Positions 10,551-20,345 of a stretch of 64,000 nt of DNA are shown here, piece by piece. Each line of letters opens with the position of its first letter. Position 1 is the first letter of the stretch. This DNA comes from a bacterium (GTDB taxonomy: Bacteria; UBA8248). The stretch spans positions 4,000,001-4,064,000 of the forward strand of contig OZ241875.1 in the NCBI GenBank assembly GCA_965203325.1, given 5' to 3'. The position numbers and the translations under genes were made by a program. The notes under the pieces were generated by a model. The model was not told the DNA's origin, made no database searches, and saw only the letters and a program-made list of their open reading frames with translations.

Positions 10551-11771
10551 ATGATTCGCAAACTACGCACCGAAAGAGACAACCAGCAGTGGATGCTCGA
10601 CCTGGCCCTGAACATGAGGGGCCGCGTCCAGAACTTCGAGCGCGACTACTTGGAAGTCCCCCAGGGCAAGCGCGCGCACAACTACCAGATGCTGCCCAAG
10701 GTCTGGCGCGAGTCCGCGGAATTTCACGAGACGCTCGGCAAGAAGGCCCAGCGAGAGGGGTTCGACGCCACGGCCACGGAGCACTACGACCACGCCATCG
10801 AGGCCTACCGCATGGCGCAGCACCCGATTTTCTATGACGACAACCCGGTGAAGATCTACCTGTGCAACAAGCTGAAGGAGATGGTCGACAGGCGCTCCGA
10901 GACGGCGTCCTACCCCATCGAGCGCGTCGAGGTGCCCTTCGACGACGGCAAGACGATCTCCTGCCTGCTGCACCTGCTTCCCGACCGGAGAAAAGCGCCC
11001 TGCATCATCTACGTGCCGGGCATGGATCAGAGTAAAGAAGTATTCCCCCACGCGCGCCACAACGTGGCGGCGGACAGGGGCTTTCACGTCATTGCGATGG
11101 ACGGGCCGGGGCAGGGCAACTCCAACATCCAGAAGATCCGCGCCGTGGGCGACAACTACGAGCGCGCGGGCGCCGCGGTGATGGACTACCTCCTCGGGCG
11201 CGAGGAGGTCGAACCCACCAAGATCGGCATCTACGGCATCAGCATGGGGAGTTTCTGGTCGCTCCGCCTGGCGAGCTACGACCACCGGGCGGCGGCGGTG
11301 GCGAGCGCGGTGGCGTGTTTTAATCCGAACAACACCATCTTCACGCAGTCCTCGCCGCGCTTCAAGCAGGTGTTCATGTACATGGCGGGCATGGACGATG
11401 AGGACGCCTTCGACGAGATGGCGCGCAACATGACCGTCAAGGGCTACATGGACAAGGTGCAGTGCCCCACACTGCTCGTGACGGGCGAGTTCGACCCGCT
11501 CTGCCCGCTCGAGGACGCGATAGAAGTGTATGAGGACTTGACCTGCAAGAAGGAGATGTGGGTGTTCGAGAACCAGTTCCACCCCCTCGTGAACCTCTCG
11601 AACCTGGGCGGCGTGGACAACCACCAGTACATTCTCGACTGGCTGCACCGCGCCCTGCTAGGCGAGAGCGTGAACGACGACCGCATCGCCTACGTCAAGG
11701 AAAACGGCGACGGCCCCTTCGGCGAGTGTGAGTGGACGCCGCCGGTCAGGCCCGGCGAGGTGTATTTCTAG
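10551..11771 (+). CDS. Alpha/beta hydrolase, 2,6-dihydroxypseudooxynicotine hydrolase/FrsA-like
   Basis: RBS GGAGAGG before ATG 10551; PGMD..KE, DGPGQG, GISMG nucleophile elbow, GEFDPL. Confidence 0.8.
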   Translation: MIRKLRTERDNQQWMLDLALNMRGRVQNFERDYLEVPQGKRAHNYQMLPKVWRESAEFHETLGKKAQREGFDATATEHYDHAIEAYRMAQHPIFYDDNPVKIYLCNKLKEMVDRRSETASYPIERVEVPFDDGKTISCLLHLLPDRRKAPCIIYVPGMDQSKEVFPHARHNVAADRGFHVIAMDGPGQGNSNIQKIRAVGDNYERAGAAVMDYLLGREEVEPTKIGIYGISMGSFWSLRLASYDHRAAAVASAVACFNPNNTIFTQSSPRFKQVFMYMAGMDDEDAFDEMARNMTVKGYMDKVQCPTLLVTGEFDPLCPLEDAIEVYEDLTCKKEMWVFENQFHPLVNLSNLGGVDNHQYILDWLHRALLGESVNDDRIAYVKENGDGPFGECEWTPPVRPGEVYF

Positions 11772-11829
11772 GGATAGCTAAAAAACGGGCGGCCGGGCGT
11801 TTTCGACACAGAGATGAGTTTTTGGAATT

Positions 11830-11978
11830 AACTCCCCCCTTGAGGGGGAGTCGAAGAGGCCAAGCCTTGGCGAAGGCCGATTCGGTGGGGGGACGGTTCT
11901 AAAAATAAAAGCTCCCCCCACCAGTTCGCTTGCGGGCTTGCGCCCTAAGCTCACTGACTCCCCCTCAAGGGGGGAGTT
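11830..11978. repeat. Family-B palindromic element (REPIN/MITE-like)
   Basis: Perfect 23-bp inverted ends AACTCCCCCCTTGAGGGGGAGTC; inner GGTGGGGG/CCCCCCACC stem; copies at 25082 and 33808. Confidence 0.8.
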
Positions 11979-12214
11979 TATCTTGCTCCCTTGCGAACAT
12001 TGCGGGAAGGATTGCGTTTTGTAGGTAGCGCTCCCTTCTTGGGAGCGCTACAGACATGCGGCCCTTGTAGTGAATGAAAAAAACAGGGTCGCATGTATGT
12101 CGGACATACATGTCCGACATACACACAAACGAATTTTTTCTTTGCGGTCCATAGGAATGGCTGTGAGAGAGCCGCGTGGTCTCAAGAACGACCCGCACGC
12201 GTGGCGTCCACTTC

Positions 12215-12892
12215 CTAGTCGATCAGATCGAGGAGGTCCTGCTGGTCATATTGGGCGTTGCGCTCCTTGACCCGGCTCAAGGGCAGCTCCCGGAAATCGA
12301 CCTCGCTCGATATGACCGGTTTTCGGCTGCGCCAGAAGGGTCCTTGACGGGGACGGCCGCGGCGCGGGTAGGCCCGGGCATAGAGGGCCGCGGCTTCGAT
12401 CTGGGCTTCCACGAGGGAGGGGTAAGCCGCGCGGACGGCGTCCACGCCGTCGCCGCCAGCGAGCATTTCGGCGATATCGTGAACGGGTATGCGGGTTCCC
12501 TTGATGCACGCTGTACCGGAAAGTACGGCCTCATCGGACGCGATCATCTTGCGCGCCCTCGCCAGCCTGGAGAGTCCTCTGCGCACTTGGCCCTTCATGG
12601 GCCGCACGTCGACGGACACGTTGTTCTCACGGGCCGTCCCGGCCTTCGGATTCTCGAGAAGATAGCGCACGAGCCGACGGCGTCCGTCGAGGGTGAGGGT
12701 GTCCGTCGTCTCGTGGGCGAGCTTGAGGCCCACCAGGCCGTCGTAAAGGATGAAGCGGGAGCCCTTTTGGCTTTCCGCAGCAGCGCCCAGAAGGCCCGAG
12801 TCGATGATGCGGTGCACCTGTTTCAGAGGTACGCCGGTGACACAGGCCGCCTCGTTCGCCGACATGGCCCGGTCCGCAATGCTAGTCGCCAT
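12215..12892 (-). CDS. DUF433-domain protein (antitoxin-like) with probable N-terminal HTH
   Basis: DEAVLSGTACIKGTRIPVHDI...YPSL...IEAAALY. Confidence 0.8.
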   Translation of the reverse strand: MATSIADRAMSANEAACVTGVPLKQVHRIIDSGLLGAAAESQKGSRFILYDGLVGLKLAHETTDTLTLDGRRRLVRYLLENPKAGTARENNVSVDVRPMKGQVRRGLSRLARARKMIASDEAVLSGTACIKGTRIPVHDIAEMLAGGDGVDAVRAAYPSLVEAQIEAAALYARAYPRRGRPRQGPFWRSRKPVISSEVDFRELPLSRVKERNAQYDQQDLLDLID

Positions 12893-13077
12893 TATCTTTC
12901 CTCCATTCTGGAAAGAATATAGCCCATCGTGGATCAAAATGCCAGCCCGCTTTCACCGTGGAGCGGTTCCGCCTGCACGGGTCAAGGGGACGCCCCTTTG
13001 CTTCCCCCATACGGGCGGCGCTTTTCGCCTGCCTGGTGTAGAATCCCGCGAAACCGGACGTTTATGGGGAGGCGCCC

Positions 13078-13602
13078 ATGTTTTCCATCGTTCTGAAAGC
13101 ACTGCTTCTCTCGCTTGCCCTCTCCGCTCCCGCCGGAGGCGCGTCCGCCGCCGGGCTTGTAAGCGAGTGCAATCCGGCGATGGTCGGCGAGTGGATTTGC
13201 GGGGAGATCCGGTACCTGAAAATATCCTTTGAGGTGGGTGAAGACGCGATTACGAGAGTGACCTTCGTAGACGCTTCGGCTTCCGGAGAGGGGCGCGGGC
13301 GCAAAACGCACACGGAAATTGCGGACGGGAAAGTCCATGCTCTTGAGAACGGCACCCGGTACGCCTCTTCGTGCAACCACAGGATCGGCCCAAGGGGCTA
13401 TAAGATTTATCGACGCGCCGCCCGGGATGAAGCCACCGGCAGGGTTTTGATCGGGGATTACATCGTTCTGGAAGACGGGCGAATGCTTATCGGCTTGTTC
13501 GGCAACGGGAAGATGGAAGGCTACGATGTCAAGAATTCCTCCAGGCCGAGCGAGCCGGACCACATCGTCGAATGCATCAGGTGCAAGAAAACCGGCTGTT
13601 GA
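13078..13602 (+). CDS. Exported hypothetical protein
   Basis: RBS GGAGG, signal-peptide-like N-terminus, several cysteines. Confidence 0.6.
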   Translation: MFSIVLKALLLSLALSAPAGGASAAGLVSECNPAMVGEWICGEIRYLKISFEVGEDAITRVTFVDASASGEGRGRKTHTEIADGKVHALENGTRYASSCNHRIGPRGYKIYRRAARDEATGRVLIGDYIVLEDGRMLIGLFGNGKMEGYDVKNSSRPSEPDHIVECIRCKKTGC

Positions 13603-13715
13603 GGCCTTGCCGGCCGGATCGATTCGGCCGTTTTGCGGCGCGGCGACTATCGCCCGGGTGAGCGCGCAAGCGGCGTGCGCCAAGTGAGTCAGCAAGTCTA
13701 ACCCTGGAGAATTTC

Positions 13716-14591
13716 TTGAACCCCTTGCTGGCTTCGTTCTTTGCGCTCGCCTCCTCAGTCCTGTTCGCCGTCTTCAGCGTCATGGCGCGAAGGTACATGC
13801 GCTACACGAGCGCCTTCACGGGCAGCCTCATCACGCTGAGCATCGGTACTGTTGTTCTGGTCGTCATCTCGGCCTTTTTCTCCCCGTGGGGGGAGCTCAC
13901 GCTGCCGGTCGCCCTGTGGTTTCTGGTCGGCGGTGCGCTCGCGCCCGGATTGGCGCAGGCGCTCATGTTCCTGAGCATCGGCTACATCGGGGTGGGCCGC
14001 GCCATGCCGCTCATCACGGTGACGCCTTTTTTCAGCACGCTCGTGGCGATGGCCTGGCTCGGCGAGCGGCCGGGCGTCGTGGTCCTGGCGGCGACGCTCT
14101 TCGTCGTCGCGGGATGCGTCCTGTTGGCGCTCAAGAGAGAAGGCGAGAAACCCTGGCGGCGGATTTTCATCCTCATGCCGATGGCCCACGCCGTCTCGTT
14201 CGCCTTCGCCGCATCCATCAGAAAACACGTGCTCGCCCTCATGCCCGAACCGCTGCTGGGGGCGACGCTTTCCTATGCGATTTCCCTTCCCGTGCTGTTC
14301 GTGTTCTATCCCTTCCTGCCCGAAAACGAGCGGCTCTCCTTCAACCGCGCGGGCGTGCTGGGCTTCGCGCTGGCGGGCTCGATTCTCACGCTTTCATTTT
14401 TTTGCCATTTCACGTCGTACCGTTACGGCGACGTGTCGATCATCGCGCCCATCGTCTATACGGCGCCGCTGTTCTCCCTGCTGCTCGCGCGGATATGGCT
14501 CAAGGGGGAAGAAGAAATTACCTGGCAGAAAACGGTGGGCGCGGTCTTGTTGTTCATCGGGATGGTGGTGATCATCTGGCAGGCGGCGTGA
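13716..14591 (+). CDS. EamA/DMT family transporter
   Basis: About 10 hydrophobic segments in two repeats; LGERPG, PLFSLLLA..WLKGEEEIT. Confidence 0.85.
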   Translation: MNPLLASFFALASSVLFAVFSVMARRYMRYTSAFTGSLITLSIGTVVLVVISAFFSPWGELTLPVALWFLVGGALAPGLAQALMFLSIGYIGVGRAMPLITVTPFFSTLVAMAWLGERPGVVVLAATLFVVAGCVLLALKREGEKPWRRIFILMPMAHAVSFAFAASIRKHVLALMPEPLLGATLSYAISLPVLFVFYPFLPENERLSFNRAGVLGFALAGSILTLSFFCHFTSYRYGDVSIIAPIVYTAPLFSLLLARIWLKGEEEITWQKTVGAVLLFIGMVVIIWQAA

Positions 14592-14604
14592 GGTGGTGGG
14601 GCGT

Positions 14605-14640
14605 GATTGTAGGGACAGGTCGCGACCTGTCCCTACAATC
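14605..14640. repeat. GTAG-type REP palindrome
   Basis: GATTGTAGGGACAGGTCGCGACCTGTCCCTACAATC between convergent genes; same core at 15879-15906. Confidence 0.8.
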
Positions 14641-14645
14641 AAAAC

Positions 14646-15621
14646 CTACTTCGCTTTATCCAGAATCCCCGTCGCCTCCAGGTCCTTTCGGAACGCGTCC
14701 TTCTCGCGCTGCGTCAGGGGCACGATGGGCGGGCGCGGCTCGCCAGCCGGCAGGCCGAGCAGCTTCGTCCATTCCTTGAGATACGCCGTCGTGCGTCCGT
14801 TCGGGCCCGTCGTGAAGTACTTCTTGCGGACCGTCCGCAGGGGTTCGAGCGAGTAGTTGATCTGCCAGGCCTTCTCCGTGTCGCCCGCCATCGCGGCTTC
14901 GTAGTAGTCGCGGATCGGCGTGTAGCCCGGCGTCTGGAAGAGATAAGGAACAGGGGAGGACATGTGCACCTGCATGCCCAGATGCAGCAGGCTCACGAGG
15001 AAGTTCTCCTCGTTCGGGTCGCAGACGACGATCTCATCCCCCACGCGGCGTCGCACCTCGCTCTGGTGTGCCATGCTCGGAACCGCGTTCTTGATGCAGC
15101 AGATGTTCTCGAGCGTACAGAGCCGCTCGATGAGTTCGGGGCTGAGCGTGGTTCCCGATTTCGGCTGGTTGAACAGCGAGAGGCCGATGTCTATCTGATC
15201 GCAGATGGTCTTGAAGTAGAGAAAAATCTCGTCGTCATCGTGCGCGCCGTAGACCGGGTTGATCATGATGGCGTAATCCGCCCCGACTTCCTCGGCGTGT
15301 TTGGTGAGTTCGACGGCTTCCTTGATGTTGATGTGCGGGGTGTGGGGGGATGGTCTGCGCGCCGCCCCGGCTCTCCTCGCAGACGATGTGCTGCACGCGC
15401 TTTCGCTCCTCGGGCGAGAGCGACCAGTACTCGCCCATCAGCCCATTGCAGAAAAACCCGTCTATCTTCAGATCGTCGATGCAGGTGCGGACGATCTTGC
15501 GAAGGCCCTCCTCGTCCAGTTCGCCCTCGGGCGTGAAGGGCGTCGTGAGCGCGGCCCAGACGCCCGTCATGTGTTCCCTGCAATACGCTTTCGCTTCCGA
15601 TTTGGTGTAATTCATGTTCAA
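14646..15621 (-). pseudogene. DHDPS/N-acetylneuraminate lyase family aldolase, +1 frameshift in a G6 run (15344-15349)
   Basis: Removing one base joins AALTTPF...NGLMGE...AQTIP to HTPHINIKEAVELTKHAEEVGADYAIMINP...IKN; may be a sequencing error. Confidence 0.8.
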
Positions 15622-15748
15622 CCCCTCTCCTCAAAGACGGTGCGGAACCAATGAAAACCCGATGGCCAGCGCGCGTTCGACCAGCGTTTTATTCTTCTGA
15701 ATATCTTTTCATCATACATCAAAATCGCGTCTGGGGCGTGTCAATTCC

Positions 15749-15906
15749 GTCGGGGCGGTTCGCGAACCGCCCCGACAATGACACTGCAATTCCTGTCTTT
15801 TCGCTCGGGCTTTGCCACTAATCGTCGTCATTCTGGCGTATGCCGGAATGACAAACGAATCACGCAATCGCCGAATGCGTAGGGACAGGTCGCGACCTGT
15901 CCCTAC
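15749..15906. repeat. Cluster of three REP-like palindromes
   Basis: GTCGGGGCGGTTCGCGAACCGCCCCGAC, CGTCATTCTGGCGTATGCCGGAATGAC, GTAGGGACAGGTCGCGACCTGTCCCTAC. Confidence 0.75.
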
Positions 15907-15942
15907 AGGGGAGCAAAGTGCCTTGCTCGGCAAGCCCTCCCG

Positions 15943-17361
15943 CTACCCGGACATCTTCCCGGCCAGGGACTCGAACGCCATCTGGAACGGCGCTTCGGGC
16001 GCGCGGAGGACGCCCGCGCCTATCTGTCCTACGCCCGGCTCGCGGTGGGCGATGCCCGTGTTGATGACGGGGTAGATGCCCGTCTCGATCACCTTGCGCA
16101 CGTCGACCCCGGTCGGCGCGCCCGCGAAATCAAGGGCGGGCAGGGTGTAATCGCGGCTCCGCGCCCAGGTGATGCCGTACATCTCGTTCGTCGCCTGAAA
16201 GGCCTCCGCCGTCGAGCCGCCCACGAACTCGACGATGGCGGGCGCCGCTGCCATCGCGAAGCCGCCGACGCCGAGCGTTTCCATGATCGCCGAATCGCCA
16301 ATGTCGGGATTGGCGTCTTCCTGCGAATAGCCCGGGAAGAACAGGCCGACGGGATTTTTCGCGGGCGCCGTGAACCACCTATCCCCCAAGCCGGCGACCC
16401 TGATGCCGAAATCCGTCCCGTTGCGCGACATGGCGTAGACCAAGGAGCTGCCCTCGACCCCCGCCATGGTGTCGAGGCTCGCCTTGGCGGCGGGCATCGC
16501 GAGGTTCAGGAAGAAGTGATCGTTGCCCGCGAGGAATTCCGCCGCGCGGGAGATCACGCCGGTGTCGCTGACAGAATCCGCGAGCCAGGGCATGAGGGTG
16601 CGGGCGACCGTGGAGGTGGCCGCGACGTTCCGGTTGTGCGCCTCATCGCCCATCTGCAGGGCGCGCGCGATCACGTTTTTGATGTCCAGCCCCTCCGGCA
16701 TGGCGCGAAGCGCCGCGCGCAGGGCGGGGGCGAGTTCGTCCGCCATCCATTTCAGGCGCGCCAGCACGTCTTCTGAATAGGCGCCATAGCGCAGCACCTT
16801 GCCCAGACCCTCGTTCAGCGTACAATAGGCCCTCCCGCCGCCGCCGAGTTCCTCAGGCGCCCGGTTTTCGATGATGCTCACCGGCATCGAGGGCGACACC
16901 ACGCCCGCCATCGGCCCCACCGACGAGTGGTGGTGGCAGGGCTCGAAGGTGATTTCTCCGCTTGCGCAGAGTTTTTCGGCCGCCTCCGCGTCCTGCGCCC
17001 AGCCTTCGAGAAGCGCCGCGCCGATCATCGCGCCCTTGAGAGGGCCGGACATTCTATCCCAGGCGATGGGAGGGCCCGCGTGCAGGAGGGTGCGCTCGCC
17101 CATGCCGGGCACCTCGTCCATGGCTGTCCCGATATCCACCCAAACGGGTCTGGCCGCCTGAAGGCGTTCGATGGCGATGTCGTTGGCCGCATCGCAAGCG
17201 GCCAGTCGGTCGAGGTGTTCGATCATGTCGGGGTCTCCTCCGGCGGGGGGGCGCCAGTCCACCTGCACCACGGGGGCGTTCTGCGCGGCCAGGCTCTCCG
17301 CGAACAGCTCCACGCCGACGTTGGCGACGCGGACGCCTTCCAGCAAGTTTTTCGCGCTCAT
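15943..17361 (-). CDS. DUF1116/YlbE family protein (oxamate carbamoyltransferase subunit AllG-like)
   Basis: VDWRPPAGGD, LLHAGPP, PCHHHSSVGPMAG, LNEGLGKVLRYGAY, MGDEAHNRN, PDIGDSAI.E, INTGIAH..PGVGQIGAG; ATG 17361 overlaps the upstream stop. Confidence 0.88.
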   Translation of the reverse strand: MSAKNLLEGVRVANVGVELFAESLAAQNAPVVQVDWRPPAGGDPDMIEHLDRLAACDAANDIAIERLQAARPVWVDIGTAMDEVPGMGERTLLHAGPPIAWDRMSGPLKGAMIGAALLEGWAQDAEAAEKLCASGEITFEPCHHHSSVGPMAGVVSPSMPVSIIENRAPEELGGGGRAYCTLNEGLGKVLRYGAYSEDVLARLKWMADELAPALRAALRAMPEGLDIKNVIARALQMGDEAHNRNVAATSTVARTLMPWLADSVSDTGVISRAAEFLAGNDHFFLNLAMPAAKASLDTMAGVEGSSLVYAMSRNGTDFGIRVAGLGDRWFTAPAKNPVGLFFPGYSQEDANPDIGDSAIMETLGVGGFAMAAAPAIVEFVGGSTAEAFQATNEMYGITWARSRDYTLPALDFAGAPTGVDVRKVIETGIYPVINTGIAHREPGVGQIGAGVLRAPEAPFQMAFESLAGKMSG

Positions 17362-18914
17362 CCGCCTAGTCCCTCGAGTGCGGCGGCAGCGGCGAGACAC
17401 GCCTCGGCGTGCGTATCCGCCACCAGGACGCCGGCCTCTCGTAACCTCGCGCGCTGCGCCTTCAGACCCTGCGGGTCGCCCTCTGTGCCCGTCACCGAGC
17501 CGATGAACAGGACACCGGGACTCGACTCCTGGGTCTCCACAATCGCCTTCGCCGCCTCTCCCGCCGGGTCTTCATGCGCGCCGAGACCCAGCACCACGTC
17601 GAAGAGCACGACCGCCGTTTCGGGGTCCCCCGCTTCCTGAACGATGCGCGCGCTTCTGGGCGCGGGGTCGATCATGGGATGGGGTTTCCCCCGCGTAAAG
17701 AGGTCGTCGCCCATGTCCACGACCGCGTGGCCTTCCGATTTCCGGGGGTCGGGCATTTGTCCGCTTATTTTATCGAGGGGCGCGTTGGAGGAAATCCCCG
17801 GAATAAATTCGCCGATTATCGCCTGCGCCTCGGCGCACAGCGTCCCGCCCGTGTAGACGCCGCGCAGGAACCGGCGGCCATGCGCGCGCGCGTGGCTCCA
17901 TCCGGCGATTCTCTCTCTCGCATCGGAGTCGAGTTCAGGAGCCGCCGGGTTGGCCCGTCCTCCGCTCAGCGAGACGGCGAGCCGCCCCGCTTCGGCGAGC
18001 GAGTCCGGCGCGTAAAGACCGAGATGCACGAGGATATCCTCGTTCCAGTCCCCGACGAAATGAACGACGGCGGGTTTTCCGCAAGTGGCCGTTGCTTCCA
18101 GTATCTTCCCCAAAGCGGCGGGTTCGGGCGGTTTTCCGAGTACGAGGAGAACCTCCGTCGCCGCATCCTCGCTCAAGGTCTCGATCGCCTGGATCATGGC
18201 GAGGCCGCCGACGGCGTCGGTGACGTCGCGCCCCCCTGTTCCCAGCGCGCAGGTGATTCCCCCGCCCGAGGCGTCGATGGCGGCCATGGCCTCCTGAATC
18301 CCCGTTCCCGCAGCGCCGACGATACCGATTCCGCCGGGACGCACCACGTTGCAGAAACCTAAGCCCACGCCTGCGATGTGCGCCGTGCCGCAGTCGGGGC
18401 CCATGACGAGCAAGCCCTTATCGCGCCCAGTTTGCTTGAGCGCCACCTCGTCTTCCACCGATACGTTGTCGCTGAAGATGAGGCAGTGGAGGCCTTTATT
18501 GAGCGCGCGTTCGGCCTCGCGGCGCACGCTCGGGCCGGGAACCGAGAAAAGGGCGAGGTTGATGAGCGGGTCTTCCCCGAGCGCCGCGTCGAGCGTGGGT
18601 GCGGAGAGGCTCGCGAGCGCTCCCGCTTCGCCGCTCGTGCGGGGAGCGGTGAGCGCCGCTTCCATGGCGGCGAGCTCTTCCTGCGCCGTCTGCGTGTCTT
18701 GCGCCTCGGCGACGAGGACGAGGTCGTTCGGGCCGGCGCCTTTCGCTTCTTGTGAGAGAAGGCCGCTCGATGCGAGTTGTTCCAGGTTCATTGGCGTGCC
18801 CATGAGGGCCGCCGCTTGCCTGATGTGAGTCTTCTCCGAGGCGGCGGCGCTGATTCGCATGAGCTTCACCGAATCGTGGTACGCGCCGCTTAAGACGCGG
18901 ACGGCCAGCGCCAT
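17358..18914 (-). CDS. fdrA: FdrA-like acyl-CoA synthetase-fold protein (AllF-like)
   Basis: YHDSVKLM, MGTPMN, FSDNV, VMGPDCGTA, GTGGRD, GGTLC.EA, DMGDD.FTRGKPHPMIDP. Confidence 0.88.
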   Translation of the reverse strand: MALAVRVLSGAYHDSVKLMRISAAASEKTHIRQAAALMGTPMNLEQLASSGLLSQEAKGAGPNDLVLVAEAQDTQTAQEELAAMEAALTAPRTSGEAGALASLSAPTLDAALGEDPLINLALFSVPGPSVRREAERALNKGLHCLIFSDNVSVEDEVALKQTGRDKGLLVMGPDCGTAHIAGVGLGFCNVVRPGGIGIVGAAGTGIQEAMAAIDASGGGITCALGTGGRDVTDAVGGLAMIQAIETLSEDAATEVLLVLGKPPEPAALGKILEATATCGKPAVVHFVGDWNEDILVHLGLYAPDSLAEAGRLAVSLSGGRANPAAPELDSDARERIAGWSHARAHGRRFLRGVYTGGTLCAEAQAIIGEFIPGISSNAPLDKISGQMPDPRKSEGHAVVDMGDDLFTRGKPHPMIDPAPRSARIVQEAGDPETAVVLFDVVLGLGAHEDPAGEAAKAIVETQESSPGVLFIGSVTGTEGDPQGLKAQRARLREAGVLVADTHAEACLAAAAALEGLGG

Positions 18915-18934
18915 ATCAATCGCTCCCCGGGAGG

Positions 18935-19654
18935 CTAGTCGTCGATGATCGCCACCGCGCGAATGGGGGAGCCCGACATGCCCCGGAACTTGATGGGCAG
19001 CACCGAGAGCTTGAACCCGTGGGACTTGGGGATCAGGTTCAGGTTGATCATGTTCTCGATGTGGCAGTAGTCCTTCTCCAGCATGACCCGGTGGGCCTCC
19101 CAGTAGCTGCGCGTCTCGTGCATCTTCCATATCGGAACGTCCCAGCCGCTCGCGTCTATCCCCATCACGCGGATGCCGTTGTCGATGAGGTAGTGGGTCG
19201 CCTCGGCGCTCATGCCGGGCTGGTTCATGGTGTAGTCGGGGTTCGTCTGCCAGTCCACGCTCGCGTCGGTGCGGATGAGCACGATGTCGAGCGGCTTGAG
19301 GGTGTAGTCGATCTTCTGGAGCGCGCCTTCCACGTCCGCCGCCGTGATGGCGTAGCCCGATTCCCTGTCGGTGAAGTCGAGGACGACGCCGTCCGAAAGA
19401 CACCATTCGAGCGGGATGCGCTCGGTCGTGAAGGCGTCGGGGTTGTTGTGCCAGGGGGAGTCGATGTGCGTGCCCGTGTGGTCGCTCATGAAGATGACGC
19501 AGTGGTTCGTCACGATGGGGGCGCCGTAGTTAATCGAGCCCGTCCGCCTTGCCACGGTGTCCCAGTCTTCATCGACGGTGAGGGAGGGGCCGGGCAGGTC
19601 CGGGTAAATCGGCATGTCCCGGTATATTTCCATGCTCAGATCGATCAATTCCAT
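18935..19654 (-). CDS. Cyclase (kynurenine formamidase-like) metal-dependent amidohydrolase
   Basis: HTGTHIDSPWH motif, GIDA..WD, HIENM.NL, GSPIRAVA. Confidence 0.88.
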   Translation of the reverse strand: MELIDLSMEIYRDMPIYPDLPGPSLTVDEDWDTVARRTGSINYGAPIVTNHCVIFMSDHTGTHIDSPWHNNPDAFTTERIPLEWCLSDGVVLDFTDRESGYAITAADVEGALQKIDYTLKPLDIVLIRTDASVDWQTNPDYTMNQPGMSAEATHYLIDNGIRVMGIDASGWDVPIWKMHETRSYWEAHRVMLEKDYCHIENMINLNLIPKSHGFKLSVLPIKFRGMSGSPIRAVAIIDD

Positions 19655-19840
19655 CTCGGAGGTCTCCTTTTGGATGAAGAAAAGAAACGATCTCCATCTT
19701 GGGTGGTCGGTTCATTAGGGGAAGCGTTTGCAATGCGCGCATTATGTATGAACCCGAAGCGGCGGGCAACGCATCGGCTTTCGTCGGGTCGTGTCCGCCC
19801 GCAAGGGGAGGGAGGGTCAAACAGCCCCCTGCATGAAAAC

Positions 19841-20103
19841 CACCCCCCCCTACCCCCCCTTGACAGGGGGGTAAAAAAGGCCGACGCCCCGGCAAATGGA
19901 GGATATGAAAAAGGCGACGCCCACCGCCGGGCCAGGGGTTTTGTTTTTTCTTGCCCCCCTGACAAGGGGGGGTAGGGGGGGTTGCCTTTATCCCCTGAGG
20001 AGGGGGAGCTTTTTCAACAGCCCCGCATCAGTCGCGATTGCCCTTCGATACAAACGCTCCTTTCTCAGTCGCGTCTGACCTTCGGCGGCTACTCAGGGTG
20101 AGG
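19841..20103. repeat. Family-A REP doublet, TTTTTCAACAGCCCC end and family-E element
   Basis: Arms at about 19842-19872 and 19955-19985; CCCTTCGATAC...CTACTCAGGGTGAG at 20041-20102. Confidence 0.7.
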
Positions 20104-20345
20104 GGTGTTGGGGACGGCTACTCGGGGTGAGGTTGATACGGCGGCTGCGCGCGACGAGGGGAACGGGCCGCAGGGAAAGGGGCTCGACGTTACATGCCGG
20201 AAACATGAAATCTGTATATTTTGAATTTGGGTATACATGAGGCATACTGGCGGAAAGCGACAAAGATAATACCTGAGTCTCCCGGGCAGCGACGCACGGA
20301 GACGGGTTTTCGCATTTTCACACCACATGCGGGGAGTGCGCCTTC

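Noticed and set aside
17358..19406. 682-aa cyclase-FdrA fusion, and similar extended starts for yqeB, yqeC and DUF1194
   Set aside because: The extensions overlap the upstream genes in a different frame; downstream starts fit the family N-termini.
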